Source: Nemertoderma westbladi
Lineage: Eukaryota; Animalia; Xenacoelomorpha
Assembly (NCBI GenBank): GCA_032718475.1
Contig: JAUCBJ010005141.1
Span: 1-64,000, forward strand
Direction of reading: 5' to 3'
DNA: 64,000 bases
The notes under the pieces were generated by a model, which did no database searches, was not told where the DNA came from, and was given only the letters and a program-made list of their open reading frames with translations. The translations under genes and the position numbers were made by a program. Positions 52,144-62,100 of this stretch are shown piece after piece (position 1 is the stretch's first letter; every line of letters begins with the position of its first letter).

Positions 52144-55100
52144 ATGTCTGACACAAGGCAAACTCTGTCAGATAGTCTCCTAGAAACAACAGTCTGTTTA
52201 TCAGATAGGAGTATAGAGAATCCCAGACCGAGGTCTGAAACCCCTCCTACTGTAAGAAAGACAACCCCTACAGTAGCTGTGTCAGAACCTAGGTTGGTAG
52301 AAGCGATTTCGCAATTTGCGAAGTTAGTGAAGCGCCGTTGGTCTGCCATAGGCACTCGGGCCCAAGTCAAGCGGGACCAAGAAGCAGCGGAACCGCAACA
52401 ACCCGCGAGCCAAGAACTTACTTCTCAACGGCCTGATAGCTCCAGTAGTTCGGATACTGTTGAGCGGACGCCCGAACGCGGAGCGAAGATGGCGGATAAG
52501 GTTTATGATGAGCGGCCAACCTATGAAGAATCAACCGACGCCACTTCTTCTCAAGAAGAAAGCGAAGCGACAGCAGAGAAACCGCATAAGAGGGATGCCA
52601 TTGACATCTATCTGTCAGACTATCAACGTTTTGTGGGAGATGAAGAGTTGAGGAGAAGGCTGGAGGGGCTTAGTCCTAATAGCGAAGGAGCCAAACTTGT
52701 GTTAGATGCGATTGATGTGGATAGGTTAGCGGCGAACCAAGCTAAATTCGATGAACAACTCCGCATCGCTAGAGAAAAGGAAGAACAAGTAAGGAAAAAA
52801 CGTATAGAAGATAGAAAGACAGCAGCAGCGGCAGTGGCAGTGGCAGAAGCGGAAAGAAAGGCAGCAGAGGCAGTGGCAGAGGCAAAAGCGGCAGCTGCAG
52901 CAATAAAAGCGGCAGCGGCAGAGGCAAAAGCGGCAGCAGCAGAAGCGGAAAGAAAGATAGCAGTGGCAGAAGCAGAACGGAGGGCATCTGAAGAGACAAC
53001 CCAACTAGAGTTGGAAAATCTTCAAGAGAGGCAAGATAACTTTAATAAACAGTTAACAGCTAGTAATATGCATATGATGAATCGATCTACTCCCAAACGA
53101 CAAGGTTATACATCATCTGAGGAAGGTAATACCACCGACACTGAAGGCGGAGGAAATCGATCCCGCCTAAGCAGACGTAAAAGAACATTCCACCGTCAGA
53201 AATTGCCTGATTTGCCTCCAGCTGTTAGAAGGCAACTAAATAACACCAACTTAGAGAGTACAGAACCCACAGACCAAATAATTACAATAGAAAGACTCCC
53301 TACTATAGTAGATGAGCCTGAAATAAGTAGGCCTGTTCATGAAATCACCCCTTCGGTAATAGATACACCTGTGCTCCCTGAAGCTACCTATAAATTCCCT
53401 CTGCATAGCACTAAGCTACCTGTGCCCCGTAGAACTGCCCAGGAGACAGTTCAGGTCCTGGACCCCGAGCGAAATATTCCAAATTTGTCGCCCGTTGTCC
53501 CTCGTCTGCCCGCTACGACGTTGGCGGATCCCGTTTCAGCGGTTGATTGGGTAGACGAGAGACGGCGGGGGATGGATATTCTCCTCGGAGAGATGAAGGA
53601 GAATCGGATACGCTCCTCCCAACAGGTCCGAGAGTTGGAAGGGACTGTCCAACATTTAAAGGGAACAGTGAGGGAAAGTAAGTTAGAGTTGCAAGAAGTG
53701 CAGCAAAATATCGCGCTAGAGCGCGATAAATTAGTAAATTTACAAAAGGGTATACCACCACCCCCTGTAACAATGTGTCAACCCGTTAGGTCTGAAGTAT
53801 CTCATGCGCAAGGTGTGGAGCCTACACGCATTTATACTGCTAGCGAAGTAGAAACTCCTATAATGAACCCTATTAAGGGTAATTATATACCTGTTGATAA
53901 TGACATTCCCTATAGAACTGATCATAATCCGAGAAATTTATATACCGATAACTCGATATTAAATAACACGATGGCCCAAGAAAGTTTTACGCGTCAAATG
54001 GCTAGAACCGAAGCCCGGCAAGCGGTAAAGGTGGGAGAGATCGTCAAGTTCAATGGAGATGAGATGAAATGGTTACCTTTTAATGAATATTATAAAGATA
54101 ACATACAGAACTCTGTACTATCTAACGGAGAGAAACTTAGATTCCTCATCGAATGTTTGGAAGGACCTCCCAAGTCAATGGCGTTAAAATTTATTGGACA
54201 TCCAGATGGATTAAGACAAGTTTGGGATACACTAAACATCAGGTATGGTAATAGGACTAACATAGCTAGGTATTTATATGCGAAATTAATGGCGCCCCGA
54301 AAGTTTCTTAGCAGCGGGATTATAGAGTTTTCCGATGAGATTCAGGAGATCTGTAGACAACTAGATTGGTTAGGTAAGTCTCATGAATACCAGAATTCTA
54401 TGGTTGTAGGAGCCTTAGCATCTACTTTGCCCAAGGGTGGAGTAGGTACACGCTGGGACAAGAAGGTGTTATATATGATGGAACAACAACGACGAGACCC
54501 TACCATGACTGATCTCATGTCATTCTTAGATAGAGAAGTGAAATTACAGCTCCTAAGGCAGTCCAGAGAGAAGACATTGGAAAACAAGGTAAGTGAGAAA
54601 CCCGTTTCTAGGAGAAGGGTAACACCAGTATGTTATACCGACGACGGTGAAAGCCAAACTTCTCAAGGAGAGGACAGCGGGAAAGACACTGACAGATCTT
54701 ATTATGTCAATAAAATGCCTAAAGATCAGGTAAGTAAATCCGAGTCTCGACCCAATGACAGAAGGGAACCGGTACAAAAAACCCTTCCTACGTCTCCTAA
54801 AAGAATTCAGGTGAGAAAGCCCGAGGAAAGAACAAGTGTGCACAATGTTATTCAAAATAAGGTAAGTAACATCAAACCGAAATGTGCGCTATGTGACGGG
54901 ACCCACCATTTGAATAGGTGTGATGAATTTCTAAAGAAATCATTAACGGAGAGACGCGAAGTCATGTGGGATAAGCGGTTATGTTATAATTGCCTCAGAC
55001 AAGGACACCAACGGCGAACCTGTTTCTCTGACATAAGGTGTGCAAAGTGCGGCGCAAAACATCATATCTTGTTGCACACGGAATTCGAACGAAACAGCCC

Positions 55101-56622
55101 GAGTCAGGTAAGTGAGTCCGAACTACATGTCCAATTCAGTGATGTGAACGACACTGATCAATCTGAGATGGAAGGATTCTATACGGACGAGTTCTCCGAC
55201 GAAAACGAATCCTGTTACTTAATAAACACCACCGCAGTGTATCGAGCACTCATGTATGAGAAAGACACAGACAGCGACCTCACCCTAACTACTTCAGATC
55301 AACAACCATCTTGGAAAGCGCCAACTTCCAATATAGGAATCCGAGAATTTCCTGTAGTCCAGTTAAGGGTTCACGGACCTAAACGGAGTTATGTAGTGAA
55401 CGCCCTCCTTGACTCCGGTAGTACAGGAACATTCATCGACCAAGAGCTAGCCGAAGACATATTTGCTGGACAACCCAAGTTCCGAACTACGCTCAACATG
55501 TCAGGCATTATGCAAGTCTGGAAATCCACAATAACAGCGGATTATTATGTAGGAGCGTTGTCCACCCCCCAGGACGAACTAGGAGAACATAGCATCAGGT
55601 CAGTGAAAATGGTGGCTATAAAGAACTTCGCTACTACTCAAGCAGACCTTTATAATTGGGACGAGGATGAGAGCATCCAACATCTTAACATACCTCGATT
55701 CCAGACTGATTATCCTGGAGTGCAAATACTCATCGGCCAAAACGCGCATGAGGCGCTGGAGACATTAGAGAAACGACCTACTCAACCGCAGCCACTACAG
55801 ACCTATGCGGTAAGAACTAGAGTAGGTTGGTACCTTACTGGACCTTCCCGTAGAACGCTCAGGGAAAGACTGCTTCAAGATCGCGTCTGCCAGGTGAGTG
55901 AATGGGAAGATGATACTAGTGAGGGAGATGACCCAACTGAGGGAACACCACACTCCTCAGATAATGACAATCTTAGCTCCAATGTAGATCAATGGAGATA
56001 TTGCCCCAAGAAGTTTAATCCAACTGACATCGCTTCCAGAGGAGCAACTCCTCAAGAACTGACAGATACTACAGACCGGTTAGGTGAACCCGACTTCCTG
56101 AGTAAGGAGGATGAATGGCCTCCCCATCTTACTCCGACTGAGATTAGACCAGCCAAGGGAGCGGAGAAAGTCAAACCTAAAACCCGGACGGGTGGATCGG
56201 AGTTATTTGAACCCGGGATAGATCTGTCGGTATTACATATTGCCAGGGACGACGCCGTGGATCTGGACCTCCCCACCGCGAGTGGATCCTTCATGAAGAT
56301 CAGAGAGAGCGATTGGAGCTCTGGAACATCAGACGTCTCGCAGGGACTCTCACCTCTCCTGCAGGGAGCGACGGACCACTATAGCTCCTGGAATCGGCTT
56401 TGTAAAGCCGTCGTGTACCTAGAGCGATGTTTCTATCGTCACTATTCCAGGACGAAGAGGAAACCTGGAATTGTATTCGGGATGCAGCGACTCAATCACC
56501 CAGTCGGTCGTTTGTGTTTACCGGAAGGGAATGGAGGACTCTCCGGAAACTGTGGAAGGCAAGATTCTCTTCCCACGACCACCTCCCTAATCCTTCAAAC
56601 ATCTAGGGACTCCATAACGTAA
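52144..56622 (+). CDS. BEL/Pao Gag-aspartic protease polyprotein (1492 aa) lacking RT, RNase H core and integrase core
   Basis: Ala/Glu/Lys coiled-coil; DUF1759-like capsid region (KFNGDEMKW..F...EKLRFLIECLEG...WDTL..RYG); BEL-type triple Zn knuckle (CALCDGTHHLNRC, CYNCLRQGHQRRTC, CAKCGAKHHILLH); protease ALLDSGS...ILIG; then only pol remnants (TRVGWYLTGP, QWRYCP..NP.DIASRG, YSSWNRL, PVGRLCL); no YxDD or DDE core. Confidence 0.92.
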   Translation: MSDTRQTLSDSLLETTVCLSDRSIENPRPRSETPPTVRKTTPTVAVSEPRLVEAISQFAKLVKRRWSAIGTRAQVKRDQEAAEPQQPASQELTSQRPDSSSSSDTVERTPERGAKMADKVYDERPTYEESTDATSSQEESEATAEKPHKRDAIDIYLSDYQRFVGDEELRRRLEGLSPNSEGAKLVLDAIDVDRLAANQAKFDEQLRIAREKEEQVRKKRIEDRKTAAAAVAVAEAERKAAEAVAEAKAAAAAIKAAAAEAKAAAAEAERKIAVAEAERRASEETTQLELENLQERQDNFNKQLTASNMHMMNRSTPKRQGYTSSEEGNTTDTEGGGNRSRLSRRKRTFHRQKLPDLPPAVRRQLNNTNLESTEPTDQIITIERLPTIVDEPEISRPVHEITPSVIDTPVLPEATYKFPLHSTKLPVPRRTAQETVQVLDPERNIPNLSPVVPRLPATTLADPVSAVDWVDERRRGMDILLGEMKENRIRSSQQVRELEGTVQHLKGTVRESKLELQEVQQNIALERDKLVNLQKGIPPPPVTMCQPVRSEVSHAQGVEPTRIYTASEVETPIMNPIKGNYIPVDNDIPYRTDHNPRNLYTDNSILNNTMAQESFTRQMARTEARQAVKVGEIVKFNGDEMKWLPFNEYYKDNIQNSVLSNGEKLRFLIECLEGPPKSMALKFIGHPDGLRQVWDTLNIRYGNRTNIARYLYAKLMAPRKFLSSGIIEFSDEIQEICRQLDWLGKSHEYQNSMVVGALASTLPKGGVGTRWDKKVLYMMEQQRRDPTMTDLMSFLDREVKLQLLRQSREKTLENKVSEKPVSRRRVTPVCYTDDGESQTSQGEDSGKDTDRSYYVNKMPKDQVSKSESRPNDRREPVQKTLPTSPKRIQVRKPEERTSVHNVIQNKVSNIKPKCALCDGTHHLNRCDEFLKKSLTERREVMWDKRLCYNCLRQGHQRRTCFSDIRCAKCGAKHHILLHTEFERNSPSQVSESELHVQFSDVNDTDQSEMEGFYTDEFSDENESCYLINTTAVYRALMYEKDTDSDLTLTTSDQQPSWKAPTSNIGIREFPVVQLRVHGPKRSYVVNALLDSGSTGTFIDQELAEDIFAGQPKFRTTLNMSGIMQVWKSTITADYYVGALSTPQDELGEHSIRSVKMVAIKNFATTQADLYNWDEDESIQHLNIPRFQTDYPGVQILIGQNAHEALETLEKRPTQPQPLQTYAVRTRVGWYLTGPSRRTLRERLLQDRVCQVSEWEDDTSEGDDPTEGTPHSSDNDNLSSNVDQWRYCPKKFNPTDIASRGATPQELTDTTDRLGEPDFLSKEDEWPPHLTPTEIRPAKGAEKVKPKTRTGGSELFEPGIDLSVLHIARDDAVDLDLPTASGSFMKIRESDWSSGTSDVSQGLSPLLQGATDHYSSWNRLCKAVVYLERCFYRHYSRTKRKPGIVFGMQRLNHPVGRLCLPEGNGGLSGNCGRQDSLPTTTSLILQTSRDSIT

Positions 56623-58272
56623 CAACATATGGAGTGGGTGTGTGACTCTATTATTTTATATTATTTTATTATTTTTATATTTCTGTATGTATTACTATGT
56701 AATTTTATTATAATCGTTTTCTTTAATTTTATTCAGTAGAATGTTATTTTAGCGATTATTTAGTAGATTAGTGCAATATATATTCGCGTTTATTACTTAA
56801 TTACGTATATATTATATTTAATGCGACGGCAAGAAATAATTCTTTTCCTCTTTCCTTACTGTCCGTATCATATTATAAATACATGACTACAGTAAGATGA
56901 AATGTCCGTACTTATTAAAGTACAATAAAGCCACTACTATATTTAAGTATTATTGGTAGGCAGAGTATTAGGAATGCAAAGTTCAGATCCTCGTGTCTCG
57001 GCTAAACCAAGCTCTGGGTAGACCTTGGAAACGACTTGCCTCTTCACACTGACATTGCTTCGTGCGATATTGCTCTCATACCGTATATTAAATAATACAT
57101 ATAGTAGCGTGATGTCCCTTTAACAGTAGCGTATAACGCAAAATAAATCTGTTAAACCCTTTGACCATCTGTAATTCTAGTCGATTAAGATATCGTGGCA
57201 CCCACCGATATACTTGAAAGACAAATTATAGAATCAGTGGTTAACGTCCCCAGACAAGTTCTGGAATAAATCGGTGCCCATCTCAAATATTAATTAGTTA
57301 ATATTTACAAATCAAATAAGTCAAAATCTGTAAAATTCAGATCCTTCAACAATTCTAGTCAATTAAGATATCGTAGCATTTACCGATATTCTTAAAGAGA
57401 CAATTTTCTTAGAATTAAGGATCTTGTGTCCCTAGACATGTTCTAGAATCAAAATATGCCCATTTAATTATCAAATAATAAAATTTCAGGGAATAAATTT
57501 AAATTCATGTCTTTTAATGAATTTAATAAATTGCCATTTTACGCGATTTATAACATTCCCAAAATTCCATTAATCAATAGATCACGGGAGCGGAGATTTA
57601 TATTATTATGCGTATGCGTGTACGAAAGTCTCCCAAACATAGTTAATAGCCGATAAAATTCGTAAAGTCATGTATAAACAGGACATTGACTATTAAAGAA
57701 TTACTATTAAATAACATCCCAGATCTGTATGCATTGGAATCACCCTAATTCTACCGCTAGCTTTGCATAATGTCACCATAGCAACAACCACGCTAGAATT
57801 AGAATTGAGTTAAACGAACAATAGAAAGCTTGTCCCATTGAATAGCATAGGGAATAAATAGCGCACTACTAGTATCCAAGGATACATAATAATACAGTGA
57901 CATTCTGGAAGGCATTGACTAACGGACAAATGGCCCAAATGTGCGTAGTTGTGACCAGTTGTGTGGTATTTGTGAGTTTATAGGTGAATGTTACTGCTAA
58001 GGTGTGTTTACAGTAGCTAGTCGCAATCGTAAAAGTAACCTATCTCTCCAAGGAAAACCTGAAGTACATCTAAGCCTTTGGGACGGACAGTTGAGTGACT
58101 TGTGCCGGTTGTCGTTGTCGTTGTGCGGCTACGTCGTTGGCGAAAGTACAGCGGCGACGACACATCGGCGCTGAGGATCTCGTACTGTCCGGGGTTGATT
58201 GGGGTAGGCAGCGACGCCCGCTCGCCTAAATATAAACTCATTATAATATGGATAAACTCATATATAGCGGAT

Positions 58273-59556
58273 ATGACGGAGTTGATAGAAGATGGTCTTG
58301 GTATCGGGGAGCGATATACTCTACTTTTACAAGCGTTTGTTGATAGCTTAATACGCGGCGACGTTAGTCCAACTGCTGCGGAGGACGATGGTCGTTATAT
58401 CGAACCGCCAATGTCCCAAGAGCAGCTCGCGCGAGTTGGACTATAGAAAATTCGCTGCTCGATATACGCGGCGTAATGGTATGTATATGGGCTTCTTAAC
58501 TACTGGTCATCCTATCGATTTACACAATACGGACTATGTCGACTATATATCCTGCCCAGCGGAGTCGGAACCATAAACGGAAATTCGAATGCGAAAATTC
58601 TATTCGAAATCGACTCGAAAGAAAAGACACTAAAGAAACAAATGGACGCGGTAACTCCAACGTATATTTGGAATTCTTGATAGAAGCATTGTAACAACAA
58701 ATAAATATCACCCGCGTTTACCCTACCAGACGTGCGTCTTTGGTATTATTACGATAAATGCCCTAGACCCAACTAATAAACGGAAAGACATAAACATCCA
58801 CGTAAACCGAAACTTGTTGACGTATCACCTATGCTCACTCGGCTCGAACGATCCTGGAGTAAACCTACGATCAGAGTCCCGGAATACTCGGTCAAACCTC
58901 CTCATTCCTTAGTTGGACCTCAGACCTGCGATCCTGGTGGTGTCGCGGATCCTCGCGGACTGTATTCACTGTTCAAAGATCTAGTGCTACCCTAACAATT
59001 AATCGGTAACACTCCGACAGTGATTTCTAGCTAGCCGCCCATCTTACCTAGCCGGATTGTGACGCGGACACCTAATATCACTATCCAACCGTATGGTCGT
59101 CCACGTTTAACGCGATACAACCCCTCATCAAGGTGAAGGAGAGCGTTGTACGAAACGAGTTAAACGCTATTTTATAAAGATCAAAAAGGAAACCTGCGTT
59201 TGTTCAGATAAACGTAAGTTATAACAGTAAGTCCAATCGATAAACGAATTGGCCTTATCTCAATTCGATTGGGAAATCCAGAATCTCTAAGAAGTTATCG
59301 AACTTGGACGATCCTATTCTCTGCGAGAGTTTTTGGATGAACGTATCCAGCTACGAGCGGAGGAAAATCAGCTCGAGGAGAAGCATATCGAAACGGCAGA
59401 TACCTCGACCACAATCTTACACCTTCTGATGCAATCATATTGCACCCTTCACCCAGGAGTTATGGCCCTCCTAGTAAAGTGGCTCCCCCCAAAGAGAAAA
59501 AGACTCTTGCTAGCCTCAAAAAACTGCGTAAACGCCGTCTGCGTAAGAAAGACTAA
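58273..59556 (+). pseudogene. Decayed extra ORF (ORF2) of unknown function in the env position of copy B
   Basis: Starts MTELIEDGLGIGERY, homologous to 61436-62100 of copy A; frameshifts and stops; last open segment ends ...PPKEKKTLASLKKLRKRRLRKKD* about 80 bp before the 3' LTR. Confidence 0.6.
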
Positions 59557-59624
59557 CTGTTTAGAGTATCTTTATGTTTTAGAAACTGTGATTTTTATAT
59601 TTTATAGACTGAAAATCCCATTTT

Positions 59625-59634
59625 CTGGGAGCGG
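59625..59634 (+). promoter_or_regulatory. Polypurine tract of copy B
   Basis: CTGGGAGCGG immediately 5' of the TGT of the 3' LTR. Confidence 0.7.
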
Positions 59635-60838
59635 TGTAAAAGCTTTTGCTGAATTGTCCGGTTATTTTTCCTTATTTTTCCCGTAAAATACTCTGTAGTT
59701 GGTTTACCAGGCATAAAAAGGCCGTGTCCTTGCTGTACTGGTGTTTTAGCGGACATAAAAGCTATTTCTTCTGTATTTGTACTTTAGAGGACATAATCCG
59801 TAATTCCGTGACGTAAAAGCTCGATACTCTTGAAAACAGTGTCGCTACCATGACGACGGCTAGCAGCTGATATTGCCACGTCGACGTTTCTTTGTCTCTT
59901 TGTTCTCTCGTTGTTCAGGTTGACCAATGAGAGCGTTTGTTGTCTCTGTGTTAGAGGTGTATACAGAAACTCAGTAGTTCAGTGTTATGTTTTGCCCAGA
60001 GCCTAAGAACCGGCTTTTGGCACCTCCGTGTTTTCAGTTTTTAGTCTTACACTAGTAGGTTTAATTATAAGGACATATATCCTTTAACCTAACGACTACT
60101 GCTAACTGATCATACATACTGACTGCTGAAACATTGCAAACTCATAACAATCAGTGTTTTCATTGTTGTTTTATACTGCTATTTACTGTCAGTTCTTCAT
60201 AATATGGTTGATGAATTATTATATTTGGAATAACGATAAATAACCCCGAAACCCAATATTCTTGATATACCGAAGGTAAGAGAGAAAGGTTACCAATAAC
60301 GATTGTGACTTATGTTAAAGTGGTTTGAAGTGAATCTAATGTTATTTGATAGACCCTACATGAGTCAGTCTGTGTTCCTTTTATATGTGACTAAAATCAG
60401 TGAAGATTGGCAGATTAGTGTGCAGTATTGTGCAGCATTGTGTATGAGCGAGTCTGTTAAAGAAGCAATTCCTAAAGAATGCGCCATATATGTGAATTAT
60501 AATTGAGCCATATCGTTGTGAGTAGTTTAAGTCATAACTCTGTTTATATAGATAAAGCGCCACGTCCTAAAGGAACTGTTAATATTCCCGAAGGTGAATA
60601 ATATTGTCAGAGATTATATAATACTGTCAGTCGAATAATACATTAGGCTTACATAGCAATAAAATTAAACCGTCGAACCCAATCTCCCGGGAATATCCAG
60701 CGGGTGAATGATCGCGCACAGATTGGTTTCGACTAGTGTAGTGAATCAAATACTTGTCATAGACTAAAAACCGATTTAATATCTAGAAGACATCTTAATT
60801 TGGTGGGTTAAACTGCCAAAGGTCTGAAAGCGCGAACA
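59635..60838 (+). repeat. 3' LTR of copy B
   Basis: Near-identical to 48708-49911; followed by the AAGGG TSD. Confidence 0.96.
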
Positions 60839-61435
60839 AAGGGGGATATTGACAATTAAAGAATTACTATTAAATAGCATCCCAGATCTGTATGCATGGG
60901 AATTACCCTAATTCTACCGCTAGCTTTCTATAATGTCACCATAGCAACAACCACGCTAGAATTAGAAGCGAGTTAAAGAACAATAGAAAGCTTGCCCCAT
61001 TGAATAGCATAAGGAATAAATAGCACACTGCTAGTATACAAGGATACATAATAATAACGTGGCATTCTGGAAGGCACTTGACTAACGGACAAATGGCCCG
61101 AATGTGTACAATTTGTGACAGTTGTGTGGAATTTGTGCGTTTATAGGTGAATGTTACTACTAAAGTGTGTTTACAGTAGTGAGTCGCAATTGTGAAAGTA
61201 GCCCTACCTCTGCAGTAAGAACCTGAAGTAAATCTTAGCCCTTGGGACGGACAGTGGAGTGACTCGCGCTGGTTGTTGTTGTCGTTGTGCAGCTACTATG
61301 TTGGCGATAGGCACATCGGCGACAGTACATCAGCGCTGAGGATCTTGCGCTGTCCGGGGGCCGTGAGGGGTAGGCAGCGACGCCCGCTAGCCTAATTATA
61401 ACTAATTATAATATAGATAAACTCATATAGCAGCT

Positions 61436-62100
61436 ATGACTGAGTTGATATAAGATGATCTTGGTATCAGGGAGCGATGTACTCTACCTTTACAAGCGTT
61501 TGTTGATAGCTTAATACGCAGCGACGCTAGTCCAACTACTACGGAGGACGATGGTCGTTATATCGAACCGCCAATGTCCCAGGAGCAACTCACTCGTGAA
61601 TTGGACTATCGAAAATTCACTGCTCGCTATGCGCATCGTAATGGTACGTATATGGACTTCTTAACTACTGGCCATCCTATCGATTTACACGATACGGACT
61701 ATGTCGACACCGAAAGGGAAATGGTAATATTTAAATATCCTACCCAGCGGAGTCGGAATGATAAACTGAAAATCGAATGCGAAAATTCTATTCGAAATCG
61801 ACTCGAAAGAGAAGACGTTAAAGAACCGGATAAACACGGCAACTCCAACGTATATTTGGAATTCTTGAGAGAAACATTGTAAAACCGAATAAATATCACC
61901 CGTGTTTCCGCTACAAGACGTGCATCTTTGGTATTATTGCGATGAATGCCCAAGACCCAACCAACAAACGGAAAGACATAAACATCCACGGAGACGTTGC
62001 TTTAAACACGGTTTTACTCGCTATATTTACGGGAGTTTCGAGCGAAACTTGTTTGATGTATCACCTACGCTCGTTCGATTCAAACGATCCTTAAATAAAC
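61436..62100 (+). pseudogene. ORF2 homologue in copy A (5' part)
   Basis: ATG ACT GAG TTG ATA TAA (GAA in copy B) is in frame with ORF 61574-61882; truncated by the junction at 62100. Confidence 0.6.

Larger units (their letters stand above)
48708..60838 (+). mobile_element. Full-length, young, non-autonomous BEL/Pao-type LTR retrotransposon copy B (12,131 bp)
   Basis: Two 1204-bp TG...CA LTRs with ~4 visible differences; 5-bp TSD AAGGG (48703-48707, 60839-60843); purine tract GGGAGCGG before the 3' LTR; intact gag-protease ORF. Confidence 0.96.
38246..62100 (+). mobile_element. BEL/Pao-type LTR retrotransposon copy A (older); interrupted by an RTE LINE and by copy B; 3' LTR absent
   Basis: LTR, 1.9-kb leader, disrupted gag-pro and 3' region are colinear with copy B; sequence resumes at 60844 exactly after the AAGGG TSD, and homology to copy B ends at ~62100. 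Confidence 0.88.
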
